Shown piece by piece: positions 10,525 through 20,897 of a stretch of DNA of 64,000 nucleotides. The notes under the pieces were generated by a model. That model saw nothing but the letters and a program-made list of their open reading frames with translations, searched no databases and was not told the DNA's origin. Source of the stretch: an uncultured Gemmatimonadaceae bacterium. Lineage in GTDB: Bacteria; Gemmatimonadota; Gemmatimonadetes; Gemmatimonadales; Gemmatimonadaceae. The stretch lies in NCBI GenBank assembly GCA_963829055.1, contig CAWHHI010000019.1, forward strand, positions 64,001 to 128,000. Reading direction: 5' to 3'. The translations under genes and the position numbers were made by a program. Every line of letters begins with the position of its first letter. Positions within the stretch are counted from its first letter, which is position 1.

Positions 10525-11284
10525 ATGATTGAGCTTCGCTCGCTGACCAAGCGCTACGGCTCGTTCACCGCGGTCAACGGCGTCGACCTCGACGTTCCCC
10601 GCGGTGAGCTGTTCGGATTCCTCGGCCCGAACGGCGCGGGGAAGACCACGACGCTGCGGATCATTGCCGGAATTCTGCGGCCCTCGTCAGGCACCGTCCG
10701 CATTGGCGGCATCGACATCTCCGCCGATCCGACCGCCGCGAAGCAGAAGCTCGGGTTCATCCCGGACCGTCCATTCATCTACGAGAAGCTGACCGGCGTC
10801 GAGTTCCTTCGATTCGTGGCCGGCTTGTACGGTCAGAGCGGCGCCGACGTGGAGCGACGCGGGCGCGAGCTGCTCGCGCTGTTCGACCTCGAGGAGTGGC
10901 AGGACGAGCTCGTCGAGAGCTACAGCCACGGCATGCGCCAGAAGCTCATCATCTCCAGCGCGTTCGTGCACAAACCGGAAGTGATCGTCGTCGACGAACC
11001 GATGGTGGGCCTGGATCCCAAGGCCGCGCGCACGCTCAAGGATCTCTTCCGCGAGTACACGCGCCGCGGAAATACCATCATGATGTCGACGCACACGCTG
11101 GAAGTCGCGCAGAGCATGTGCGACCGCATCGCGATCATTCAGCGCGGGGTGATCCGCGCCTGCCGGCACCATGAGCGAGCTGCGTGCGTCCGCCGAATCC
11201 GGCGTGACGGGCCTCGAGGAGATCTTCCTCCGCCTAACGGGTGAGGGCTTGTCGCGAGAGCTGGTCGAGGTTCTGGATGCTTGA
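10525..11284 (+). CDS. ABC transporter ATP-binding protein (apparent +1 frameshift near 11163)
   Basis: GPNGAGKTT, YSHGMRQK, VVDEP. The natural C-terminus GTMSELR...LEEIFLRLT continues in another frame to TGA 11284. Confidence 0.9.
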
Positions 11285-12962
11285 CGAGCTGCGCACGCTC
11301 CTCGCGCCGAAGATCCTGACGGCCCGCGCACGCGCGCGCACAAAAGAGCGAGGCCGCGGCGCTCGCACGGCCATTCTCGCGGTTATCGGTGCGGTATTCT
11401 GGGCGTTCGCATTCGGCGTGTTGTATCGCCTACTCGCATACTTCCGCGGCGTTCCCGAGATCGGTCCGCTGCTCGCCGGCAAGTTGCTCGGGCTGATCCT
11501 CGTCTCGTTCTTCGGGATTCTCCTCCTTTCGAACGTCATCACCGCGCTGTCGAGCTTCTTCCTCGCGAGAGACCTCGACCTGCTCGCGTCGGCACCGGTG
11601 GACTGGCTCTCGCTGTACACCGCGAAGCTGCTCGAGACGTGTGTGAACTCGAGCTGGATGGTCGTGCTCATGGCGGTGCCGATGCTGACGGCGTACGGCA
11701 CGGTGTACGACGGTGGCCCGGCCTTCATCGGGCTGGCCATCGCGACCATGGTGCCATTTCTCCTCATTCCCGCGGCCATTGGAACCGCGCTGACGCTGGT
11801 GCTGGTGAACGCGTTTCCGGCACGGCGGACGCGCGACATCCTGAGCGTCATCGCCGTGCTCGCCGCTGCCGGTGTCGTCGTACTCGTTAGGCTCGTCCGT
11901 CCCGAGAAGCTCGCGAGACCGGAGGGCTTCAGATCGCTGGTGGACTTCATCGCGATCCTGAGAACGCCGACCTCGCCGCTGTTGCCGAGTGAGTGGGTCG
12001 GCCGGAGCGTGATGGGGTGGCTCACGGGATCGCTCGACGTGCTGCCCATCTACTTGCTCTGGTCCACCGCGGCGGCGGTTGTGGTGATCGGGGCGCTGCT
12101 GCATCGCGGCCTGTACGCGCGTGGCTTCACGAAGGCGCAGGAGAGCGGCGAACGCTGGGCGCGCGAAGGCTGGACGGGCCGCGCCGCGCGCGTGGCGCTG
12201 TCGCCGCTCGGCGTCGTTCGTCGCGAGCTCGTGATGAAGGAAGTGCGGGTGTTCTTCCGCGATACGACGCAGTGGTCGCAGCTCATCCTGCTCGCGGTGC
12301 TCGTCGTCGTCTACGTGTTCAACATCAAGTTCCTGCCGCTCACTGGCGAGGGGATCACGTTCTTCATCGTGAACCTGATCCCGTTCCTCAATCTCGCACT
12401 CGCGGGCTTCGTGCTCGCGTCGGTTGCGGCACGATTCATCTTCCCGGGCGTGAGCCTGGAAGGACGCACGTGGTGGCTGCTGCGCGCGAGTCCGCTGCCG
12501 GTGCGCGAGCTGTTGTGGTCGAAGTTCTGGGTCGGGACGCTGCCGCTGCTCGTGCTGGCGCTCGCGATCGTCGGAGTGACGAACAGTCTCCTCCACGTGA
12601 GCGTGTTCATGTTCACGGTGTCGGTGTTCACGATCACGCTCATGACGTTCGCGCTGGCGGGCCTGGCGCTCGGGTTCGGAACAATGTTCCCTCGCTTCGA
12701 GACGGAGAACGCGGCGCAGATCCCGACGTCGTTCGGCGGCCTGCTCTACATGATGAGCGCGGTGGGCGTCATCGGCGCGGTCATCGTGCTCGAAGCGCGG
12801 CCAGTGTACGACTATCTCTCGGCGATTTCATTTCGTGGCGGCGACGAACCCCCGCTGCTCGAGCTGGTGGTCGGCTTCGGCCTCGCGGCGGCGGTGTGCC
12901 TGACGGCGACGTTCTGGCCGATTCACATCGCGGTGCGACGACTGGAGGCGCTCGAACGGTAG
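11277..12962 (+). CDS. Putative ABC exporter permease (multi-TM)
   Basis: About 12 or more hydrophobic segments, DLDLL.SAP and SLEG...WLLR.SP motifs, overlaps the ATPase stop. Confidence 0.85.
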   Translation: MLDELRTLLAPKILTARARARTKERGRGARTAILAVIGAVFWAFAFGVLYRLLAYFRGVPEIGPLLAGKLLGLILVSFFGILLLSNVITALSSFFLARDLDLLASAPVDWLSLYTAKLLETCVNSSWMVVLMAVPMLTAYGTVYDGGPAFIGLAIATMVPFLLIPAAIGTALTLVLVNAFPARRTRDILSVIAVLAAAGVVVLVRLVRPEKLARPEGFRSLVDFIAILRTPTSPLLPSEWVGRSVMGWLTGSLDVLPIYLLWSTAAAVVVIGALLHRGLYARGFTKAQESGERWAREGWTGRAARVALSPLGVVRRELVMKEVRVFFRDTTQWSQLILLAVLVVVYVFNIKFLPLTGEGITFFIVNLIPFLNLALAGFVLASVAARFIFPGVSLEGRTWWLLRASPLPVRELLWSKFWVGTLPLLVLALAIVGVTNSLLHVSVFMFTVSVFTITLMTFALAGLALGFGTMFPRFETENAAQIPTSFGGLLYMMSAVGVIGAVIVLEARPVYDYLSAISFRGGDEPPLLELVVGFGLAAAVCLTATFWPIHIAVRRLEALER

Positions 12963-12967
12963 AAGCG

Positions 12968-13280
12968 TGTCATCCCGAGCACCCGCGAGGGACCTGCTCG
13001 AACGTGATTGTAGTCGGACCGGCTGCAGTGACTTCACCAAGTCCGAGACACACGCCATCCGCTGAGCGGACAAGACACAGCAAACGACAACAGCAACAGC
13101 AAGAGACAGGATTGCCAGGATTGGCAGGATTGAAGGGACGTCGCAAGGACGGCGGCGAGCCGCCTGCCCGTAATCCTGTCAATCCTGCAATCCTGTCTGC
13201 TGTTTTTGTATTTGTCATGCCGCGAGGCTCGACGTCTCGTGGCGGACGCTGACTCAAGATCCTCGGCGATCGGGATGACA
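12968..13280. repeat. REP-like element, copy 2, with a nested CAGGATT/AATCCTG inverted micro-repeat
   Basis: TGTCATCCCGA (12968) ... TCGGGATGACA (13280). Inside are ACAGGATTGCCAGGATTGGCAGGATT and AATCCTGTCAATCCTGCAATCCTGT. Confidence 0.75.
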
Positions 13281-13285
13281 ACGTC

Positions 13286-13828
13286 TCAGGCGGCGAGCGA
13301 ATTCCCGCAGTGCGCGCAGAACCGCGACGCCGGCGCATCGACCACCGCCCCGCAGTGCGCGCACGTGCCCTTGAGATACTTCCCGCACGACGAGCAGAAC
13401 ACCGGGTCAGGCTCTGGCCGCGGGCCACACGTGTCACACTCGCGTCGGATCGACCGGTAGCGGAGGATCGCCGCCTCGGCAATGTCGACCGTGGTCGATG
13501 AATCGGCGTTAGGTGCCGCACCGTCGATGCCGGCACCAACCCCTACGGCCGCAACCTCGACCGGTTGTGGCGACGAGGCGCGCCGCGCGCGCATCTCTAC
13601 CAGTCCTTTGCGCGTGTACTCCGTCTTGAGCTCCGCGTAGTCATCGTCCGACAGCTTCCCCGTCGCGCGATCGAACTCGATCTCGCGCAGTGCGTCGATC
13701 GCGCTCTCGGGTGCAGGCACGTGACGCGCCGCGCGGGAACGCATCGGCGCAATGGCGTCGAACAGCGGCAAGAGTACGTATGCGAGTGCCGCAACCGCCA
13801 ACGCCGCACCTATGAGCAGCGCCGTCAC
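13286..13828 (-). CDS. CcmI-like N-terminal domain plus double zinc ribbon
   Basis: TM helix, LREIEFDRATGKLSDDDYAEL, four CxxC pairs, last gene of the ccm cluster. Confidence 0.75.
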   Translation of the reverse strand: MTALLIGAALAVAALAYVLLPLFDAIAPMRSRAARHVPAPESAIDALREIEFDRATGKLSDDDYAELKTEYTRKGLVEMRARRASSPQPVEVAAVGVGAGIDGAAPNADSSTTVDIAEAAILRYRSIRRECDTCGPRPEPDPVFCSSCGKYLKGTCAHCGAVVDAPASRFCAHCGNSLAA

Positions 13829-14400
13829 CGGTCATCTCCGCGCACCGCCGCCTCGAGCTGCGCCATCTCGTCGTCGCTCCCGTCCACCGGCACGGATGAC
13901 GTCGCACGACGCTCGGCCGCACGACTCCCCCACCGACGGATCAACGCCCCGACCACGAACGCGCCACCACCGACCGCCGCGAACGGCGCGAGCCAGCCGA
14001 CCCAGTTGAACCCCTGCTTGTGCGGCGCCATGAGGATCTTCTCGCCGTAGCTCTGCTCGAACGCGGCGAGGATCTCGTCCGCCGAGTAGCCGCCGTTCGC
14101 GAGGGCGACGACGTCAGCGTGCAGACGCGGCGAGAATCCGCAGGGCATCGACGTCCGGCACGTGAACACGTCGAGTGTACACGGACACGGGCAGCTGATC
14201 ATGCGCTCGACCGCATCACGCTCGAGCGGAGTGAGCCGCTTCGCCGCCGCCGGACGTGGCAGCCGCCGAACCGGGATGTAACCATCCCCTTCCATGCTGG
14301 CGCCGGGCGCCTCGGCTCCCTGCTGTCCGATCACCTGGCGGGCGCCCACGGCAACCAGCGTCCCGCCTAACGCCATCATGAACTCGCGCCGGCTTGCCAT
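13825..14400 (-). CDS. ccmH: Cytochrome c biogenesis protein CcmH-like
   Basis: ATG 14400, SRREF Tat-like leader, ISCPCPC...TC....PC, G.S.DEI...F...YGEKILMAP...GFNWVGWLAP. Confidence 0.8.
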   Translation of the reverse strand: MASRREFMMALGGTLVAVGARQVIGQQGAEAPGASMEGDGYIPVRRLPRPAAAKRLTPLERDAVERMISCPCPCTLDVFTCRTSMPCGFSPRLHADVVALANGGYSADEILAAFEQSYGEKILMAPHKQGFNWVGWLAPFAAVGGGAFVVGALIRRWGSRAAERRATSSVPVDGSDDEMAQLEAAVRGDDR

Positions 14401-16447
14401 CAGACGCCCGCTTCCACCGGGGGACGCTCGGCGGCAGGCTGCATCACGACGACGTAGCCGCCCTCGCGACGCCCGCTCCTGCTTCTGGTCGCCTGCGGCC
14501 ACATCACGATCAGCCCGCCGATCGCCATGATGATGCCGCCATACCACACCCACCACACGAGCGGATTGAACGTGATCCGAATCTCGGCCGTCTCCTCGCC
14601 GGTGACACCATGCAGCACGAGATAGACGTCTTGCCGCAACGACTCGAGAATGCCGACTTCCGTGGACGGCTCGAACGTCGGCTGACCGCGACTGTCGACG
14701 TGCTGGCGCTTCTCGCTCTTGATGAGCGTTGGCGCCATGCCTGGTCGCTTCGCCTCGAGCACCACCGCGGTGACCTGCCGGTTGAGCTCCTCGTAGCGCG
14801 ACACACCCTGGCTCGTGAATGTCCACGAGCGGTTGTACGGGTCGAGAGCCGTGAACGATGCGCCTGGCGTCAGCGAGAGGTCGTATTCCTTCTTGAACGC
14901 CAGTCCCGCGAACGCCGCGAACAGTACGACGACGCCGAAGTGCACGATGTAGCCGCCGTAGCGCCGTCGATTCCGCCCGATGAGACGCAGCAGGGCGATC
15001 GGGATAGCCTCTCCGTGAATACGCCGACGTGCCCCAACGCCCTTCACGAATTCCTGCGCGATGGTCGTCGTGACGAATCCAGCCAACGTGTACGACACGA
15101 GCGCGTAGCCGTCGCGCATGCCTAACGCAAAGAGCGCGGCGCCGAGCACGAGCCCGCCGGCAACGGGCGACCGCGAACTGGCGCTTCAGATTCGCCACCG
15201 ATGCTCGCCGCCACGCGATGAGCGGCCCCACGCCCGTGAGGCCAAGCAGCAGCAGCCCCAGCGGAATGTTCACCGTGTTGAAGAACGGCGCACCCACCGT
15301 GATCTTCGAGCCGCGGACCGCCTCACTGATGATCGGGAACAACGTTCCCCACAACACGGAGAACGCGATACCGACGAGCACGACGTTGTTATACAGGAAC
15401 GCCGCCTCGCGGCTCACCATGCTCTCGAGCTCGGCCTGCGCCTCCAGGTCCTTGAGACGTGTCGCCACGAGAAACGCGGTGACCACGATCGCCAGGATGA
15501 GGAATCCGGCGAACCAGCTGCCGATCGGCGATTGCGCGAACGAGTGTACGCTCTCGATGACACCGCTGCGCGTGATGAATGTGCCCGAGGATCGCGAGCA
15601 GGAACGTCGCCACCACGAGCGTGACGTTCCATTTGCGCAGCATCCCGCGCTTCTCCTGGATCATGATCGAGTGGAGAAACGCCGTGCCCGTGAGCCACGG
15701 CAGCAGCGATGCGTTTTCGACGGGATCCCAGGCCCAGTAGCCACCCCACCCGAGCTCGACGTACGCCCACCACATGCCGAGCGTGATGCCGATGGTCAGA
15801 AACAGCCACGACACCAGCGACCAGCGCCTAACGGCGGCGAGCCACTCCGCATCGAGCCGCCGCGTGATGAGCGCCGCGATCGCGAACGCGAACGGCACCG
15901 ACGTGGCCACGTACCCGAGGTACAGATTCGGCGGATGGATCGCCATGCCGGGATTCTGGAGCTGCGGATTGAGCCCCGTCCCATCCGGCGGAATCCAGTC
16001 GAGCCGCGCGTATGGGTTCGCGCCGAACGCCGTCGTCGCCAGGAAGAAGATCAGAATCGTCGCCAGCGTCCCCGTCACGAACGGCATGAGCTCGCGATTC
16101 GTGCGTCGGTTCGCGAACAGCGTGATCGCGGAGTACAGCGACAGGATCAGGCACCAGAACAGCATCGAGCCGGCCTGCCCGCCCCAGAACGCGGCGAACT
16201 TGTACACGGCCGGAAGGTTCGAGCTGGTGTACGAGGCGACGAACCGCAGCGAGAAGTCGCTCGTCAGCAACGCCGTCCACAGTCCGATCGATGCGAGAAC
16301 CACGAACGCGAACGTCGCGTACAGCGCGCGCTCGCCGCTTGCCACGAGATCGCTGCGACGCATCTGTCCGCCGGCGAACGACACCGTAGCGCTCCAGGCG
16401 GCCATGAGCAGCGCGACCCAGAGCGATAGTTCCCCGAGCAGAATCAC
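14400..16447 (-). CDS. ccmF: Heme lyase CcmF (two apparent +1 frameshifts, near 15585 and 15170)
   Basis: WGGQAGS, GLNPQLQ, HPPNLYLGY, WAYVELGWGGYWAWDPVENAS, VSREAAFL.NN, YGGYIVHFG, NPLVWWVW spread over three frames. Confidence 0.93.
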
Positions 16448-16896
16448 GCCGCCGGACCCTTCGACGCCTTGTACGCCGGTGTCGACTGATACTTGTCGGG
16501 AGCGTTCTCGTAGCGGGACGCGCACTTGGCGAGCAGCGTCGTCGCGACGAACGTCCCGTTGCGGTTGTAGCGTCCCTCGACCACCACGTCCACACTATCG
16601 GTGAACGTGTCCGGGATGACGCCGCGGAACGTGACGGGGATGGTCTGACTGCCATCGGTCACGTTGAAGGAAACGGCGCGCCCGCCGGGCTGACGCTCGA
16701 TGGTCCCGGGCACGACGCGGGCTCCCATCTTCACGCCGGTCTCATAGAACGTGGAGTCGCGCTTCACCTTCGCCGTGAGCTCGCCCGGGGTCAGGTAGTA
16801 CATCCCCGTGTCGCCGATGGACGTCGCCATCAGATACCCGGCAGTGCCGAGGACCAGGATACCGCCCATGATGAACTTCGTGCGTGCCCTTGCCAC
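16444..16896 (-). CDS. ccmE: Heme chaperone CcmE (CxxxY type)
   Basis: YYLTP.EL, IPDTF, VVVEG, LLAKCASRYE (Cys in place of His). Confidence 0.9.
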   Translation of the reverse strand: MARARTKFIMGGILVLGTAGYLMATSIGDTGMYYLTPGELTAKVKRDSTFYETGVKMGARVVPGTIERQPGGRAVSFNVTDGSQTIPVTFRGVIPDTFTDSVDVVVEGRYNRNGTFVATTLLAKCASRYENAPDKYQSTPAYKASKGPAA

Positions 16897-16930
16897 AGCT
16901 ACCCCCTGGCGGCGTCCGCCAGTTACGCGT

Positions 16931-17152
16931 TCACGTGGTGGTTTTGCTCTGGTGCAGTGCCGCGCCACGTACACGGGACATGATCATGTTCAACTCCTGC
17001 TCAGCCGCAGCGCGCTCTTCCGGCGTCCAGAAGTCCATGTGCTGGTTGGCATCGCGCACTCGGAAAAGTAGCTCGTCGATGAGTTCACGGAGCGCGGCGT
17101 TCCGGCGACGATCCACATCGGGCTTGAGGGCAGGTTCGCTCATACCGCTCAT
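16931..17152 (-). CDS. Small helical hypothetical protein
   Basis: 73-aa ORF, co-oriented, protein-like composition. Confidence 0.6.
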   Translation of the reverse strand: MSGMSEPALKPDVDRRRNAALRELIDELLFRVRDANQHMDFWTPEERAAAEQELNMIMSRVRGAALHQSKTTT

Positions 17153-17182
17153 ACGATGAAAGGAATGCAGACAGAGCGCCGG

Positions 17183-17629
17183 CTACCGGGGAACCCCCGT
17201 GCGGCGCCACTGTGGCCAGGCGGACGTCGCCAATATAGGACCCGGGGCTACCGAGGATAAGAGCGAAGCGGCGAGCGGACCCTGGGCCCCATACTTCCCG
17301 GACGCTGCCGGCTCATCCGTATCCGAGCGTACAGCGTTGTGAATCAACGCACTCGCCGCGCCCGCTCCGGCGGCGTCCCAGACGAGATCCCTGACGCTGA
17401 ACAGACCGTACGACCGCCGATCATGCAGTTCCTTCGCAACGGAAACCACCGCCGTCACCGCCCACGCAGACGCCAGCGCCTGGTCATGCCGGACGCGCGC
17501 CGTCTGAAGCACGCTATACGTCACGCTCTGCGTGAACGCCGCCATGAAAAAGTGCTTGATCTTGTCGGAGCCGAACCAGTGATCGGGGGGCGCGAGCAGC
17601 GACAGCGAAAGCGCGAGACGAGCGATCAT
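17183..17629 (-). CDS. YfiM/DUF2279-like membrane protein
   Basis: DHWFGSDKIKHF...KELHD......FSVRDLVWDAAG. Confidence 0.75.
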   Translation of the reverse strand: MIARLALSLSLLAPPDHWFGSDKIKHFFMAAFTQSVTYSVLQTARVRHDQALASAWAVTAVVSVAKELHDRRSYGLFSVRDLVWDAAGAGAASALIHNAVRSDTDEPAASGKYGAQGPLAASLLSSVAPGPILATSAWPQWRRTGVPR

Positions 17630-18297
17630 GCGACGCTCCTCGCCCGTTCGCTCTCACGAACGAGCTGTGGCAGATGCCTGGCGATCAATCGCAGCGACGA
17701 CCGGACGAGGTCCATGTGCCCCGCCACGTGAATCCAGCTGCTGGCGCCAGACGGATGAGGTAGCGGAATCACCAGTGGGGAGCCCGCGAGATCGGAAATC
17801 CGGTGGACGCGGCCGACGTACTCGCTGAGTGGCTTGCTGCCGAGAAACCGCTCGATCGCGAGTCGCCCCACGGGAATGATCACCTTCGGAGCGATCATCG
17901 CGATCTCCGCCTCCATCCACGACGAGCAGCTCGAGATTTGCGCCGGCGTGGGGACCAGGTCGCCACGGCCGGTCGGACTCGATCCCGGAAAACATCGCGT
18001 CATGGCGGAGATGTAGATCCGTTGCCGCGCCACGGACTCAGCAATGCCGACTTCCGCGAACCAGCGGAACAACGTCTTCCCGGCTCTCCCGGCGAACGGG
18101 CGCCGGTCGACAACCTCCGTCTTCCCCGGCGCCTGACCGACGAGCATGGCGAGAGGCTCGCGTGACGATGAGACGACCGGCAGAATCGCCGGGTCGTGAA
18201 ACTGACAGCGCCTGCACGCCGACAGCGCGCGCGCGTGCGCATCGAGCAGCACGTGCAGCCGACGCGACGCTTCCCTACGGTGCGACTCGCCTGACAT
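17626..18297 (-). CDS. Uracil-DNA glycosylase superfamily, Fe-S (family 4/5-like)
   Basis: CRRC, VGQAPG.TE...RPFAG.AG, RCFPG, SC, LPHPSGAS. ATG 18297 overlaps the glpK stop. Confidence 0.88.
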   Translation of the reverse strand: MSGESHRREASRRLHVLLDAHARALSACRRCQFHDPAILPVVSSSREPLAMLVGQAPGKTEVVDRRPFAGRAGKTLFRWFAEVGIAESVARQRIYISAMTRCFPGSSPTGRGDLVPTPAQISSCSSWMEAEIAMIAPKVIIPVGRLAIERFLGSKPLSEYVGRVHRISDLAGSPLVIPLPHPSGASSWIHVAGHMDLVRSSLRLIARHLPQLVRESERARSVA

Positions 18298-19784
18298 CAG
18301 TCGCGATCTCGGGCCCACGCGAGTGCTGTCCGCACCGCTCGACGCCACCCAGCGTGGTACGCCTCGGCCCGAGGGGCATCGGCGGGAGCGAACGGCATGA
18401 ACCGTCGGGACCGGAGGAACTCGTCCGGAGACGTCCACACGCCAGCGGCAAGCCCGGCAAGCCCGGCGGCGCCTAACGCCGTCGTCTCGATGTTCAGCGG
18501 CCGCTCCACCGGCATGTCGAGCACGTCCGCCTGGAACTGCATGAGCCAGTTGTTGGCGCTCGCGCCGCCATCGACGCGCAGAGGCACATCGCCCCATCCG
18601 TCGAGCTCCCCGCCCGCGCACCGGCGCATCGCCTCGAGCACGTCACGAGTCGCGTACGTCATCGCTTCGAGCGCGGCGCGCGCGAGATGGGCACGCGTCG
18701 CGCCACGCGTGAGGCCGACGATCGTGCCACGAGCGTTAGGCTCCCAATCGGGAGCGCCGAGCCCGACGAGCGCCGGAACGAAATACACACCGTCGTTCGA
18801 CGAGATCGACCGCGCGAGCGCTTCCGTCTCGGTCGCCGTGCCAATGATGCCGAGCCCGTCCCGCAGCCATTGCACGGCGGCGCCGGCAATGAAGATCGCG
18901 CCTTCGAGGGCGTAGGCGGGCCCGCCTCGCGCGTCACATGCGATCGTCGTGAGAATCCCCGCGCCGCCTCGCGGACGCTGGCGGCCGGTGTTGAGGAGCA
19001 GAAACGCACCAGTGCCATAGGTGTTCTTGGCCGAGCCTGCCGCCCAACATCCCTGCCCGAACAACGCCGCTTGCTGATCGCCCGCCACGCCCATGATCGG
19101 CACTGACGCACCGAAGATGTCGGCCATGGTATCACCGAACGAACCGGACGATGGTCGCACCTCGGGCAGCATCGCCATCGGTACACCGAACAGCGCGCAG
19201 AGATCGTTGCTCCACTGCATCCGGTCGATGTCGTAGAGCAACGTGCGCGACGCGTTCGTGGGGTCGGTCGCGTGCACCGTGCCGCCCGTTAGGCACCAGA
19301 TCAGCCAGCTGTCGATCGTGCCCGCGAGCACTTCACCCGCCCGTGCCCGTTGCGCGATCGTTGTGTCGCGAAGCATCCACTCGAGCTTCGTCGCCGAGAA
19401 ATACGGATCCACGACGAGCCCAGTGCGCGCCGTGATCTCTTCCGCACGCGGCGCGAGCTCGAGGCACCGCGCGGCCGTGCGCCGGTCCTGCCACACGATC
19501 GCGCGGCCGACTGGCTCGCCCGTCGCGCGATCCCACACAACGACGGTCTCGCGCTGGTTCGTGATGCCGATCGCGCGCGGCGTCACGCCCGCGGCCGTCA
19601 CCGCCTCACGAGCCGCGGCGAGCGTGCGATCGAGAATTTCGGTAGCGTCGTGCTCGACCCAACCAGGCCGCGGGTAGTACTGGGTGATCTCGCGATAGGC
19701 GCGCGAGACCACGGATCCATCGGCGGCAACCATCAGACACGTCGTGCCCGTGGTCCCCTGATCGATCGCCAGGACGTGAGTCAT
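18297..19784 (-). CDS. glpK: Glycerol kinase
   Basis: AIDQGTT, GITNQRET, AIVWQDRRT, DPYFSATK, GDQQAALFG, KNTYGTG. Confidence 0.97.
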   Translation of the reverse strand: MTHVLAIDQGTTGTTCLMVAADGSVVSRAYREITQYYPRPGWVEHDATEILDRTLAAAREAVTAAGVTPRAIGITNQRETVVVWDRATGEPVGRAIVWQDRRTAARCLELAPRAEEITARTGLVVDPYFSATKLEWMLRDTTIAQRARAGEVLAGTIDSWLIWCLTGGTVHATDPTNASRTLLYDIDRMQWSNDLCALFGVPMAMLPEVRPSSGSFGDTMADIFGASVPIMGVAGDQQAALFGQGCWAAGSAKNTYGTGAFLLLNTGRQRPRGGAGILTTIACDARGGPAYALEGAIFIAGAAVQWLRDGLGIIGTATETEALARSISSNDGVYFVPALVGLGAPDWEPNARGTIVGLTRGATRAHLARAALEAMTYATRDVLEAMRRCAGGELDGWGDVPLRVDGGASANNWLMQFQADVLDMPVERPLNIETTALGAAGLAGLAAGVWTSPDEFLRSRRFMPFAPADAPRAEAYHAGWRRAVRTALAWARDRD

Positions 19785-20843
19785 CCGACCGCCGCGGCTA
19801 ACGAAGAGGCGCTTGGCGCGAAATCATACGGTGCCCGATGCACGTCCACGATCGCTCACGATCGCCGTGATCAACGCGGCCGGTGTAACGTCGAATGCAG
19901 GATTGTACACGGCAGCATCGCGAGCCGCCGTGAGCACGCCGAACCCGCGGCGGACCTCGTCCGCGTTACGCTGCTCGATCTCGATCGATTCGCCGTTAGG
20001 CGTCGCCGGGTCGAACGTCGATGTCGGCGCAGCCACGTACATGGGGATACCGTGGTGATGCGCCGAGACGGCCACGCCGTACGTGCCGACCTTGTTCGCG
20101 ACATCGCCATTGCGAGCGATGCGGTCCGCACCAACGATGCAGAGATCGATGCGTCCAGCGCGCATGAGCGACGCCGCCATGTTGTCGGCGAGCACGGTCA
20201 CTGGAATGCCTGCGCGTGTCAGCTCCCACGCCGTGAGCCGGCTGCCTTGCAGCAACGGCCGCGTCTCGTCCACGAACACTTCCACTCGACGACCCGCTTC
20301 CGCAGCCAGATAGATCGGCGCCAGTGCCGTACCGATGCCGGCAGTCGCCAGCGCGCCCGCGTTGCAATGCGTGAGCACCCGTGCTCCGTCGGGGATGAGC
20401 GAGAGTCCGTGAGTGCCGATGCGATCGCACATGGCGCGATCCTCATCGCGGATCGCGGTCGCCTCGCGACGCAGTGCGTCGAGCATCGCGTGGGCCGAGT
20501 CGTCGAACGTCGCTGTAGTGAGCAGCATGCGGTCGATGGCCCACGGCAGATTCACCGCGGTCGGTCGCGTTGCTCGAATCGCGGCCGCGGCCGTCAGCAC
20601 GCGTTCGCGAAATAGGCCAGGCGTGTCGTCATCCGCGAACGCTCGAGCCACCGTCACCAGGCCCATGGCGCCGGCGACGCCGATCGCCGGCGCGCCTCGA
20701 ACGGCCAAGGTGCGGATCGCGTCGCACACCTCATCCAGCGTGCGGAGATCGCGCTCTACGAACGTCTCGGGGAGACGACGCTGGTCGATGATGCGCACCG
20801 CGCCGCCATCCGGACTCCAGTCCACCGCTCGAATGGGTTGCAC
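19781..20843 (-). CDS. mtnA: S-methyl-5-thioribose-1-phosphate isomerase (apparent +1 frameshift near 19846)
   Basis: VRGAPAIG, RPTAVNL, THCNAGALAT, ETRPLLQGSRLT, NPAFDVTP. The corrected end DRGVHRAPYDF...G* overlaps the glpK ATG. Confidence 0.95.
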
Positions 20844-20897
20844 GCGCGGAAACTAGCGGACGGGTGCTGCTGCCCGGAAGCGCGTACCGGTACCTCG

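Noticed and set aside
13825..15486. 553-aa CcmF-CcmH fusion in the ORF track
   Set aside because: Artefact of a frameshift in ccmF. ccmH has its own ATG at 14400.
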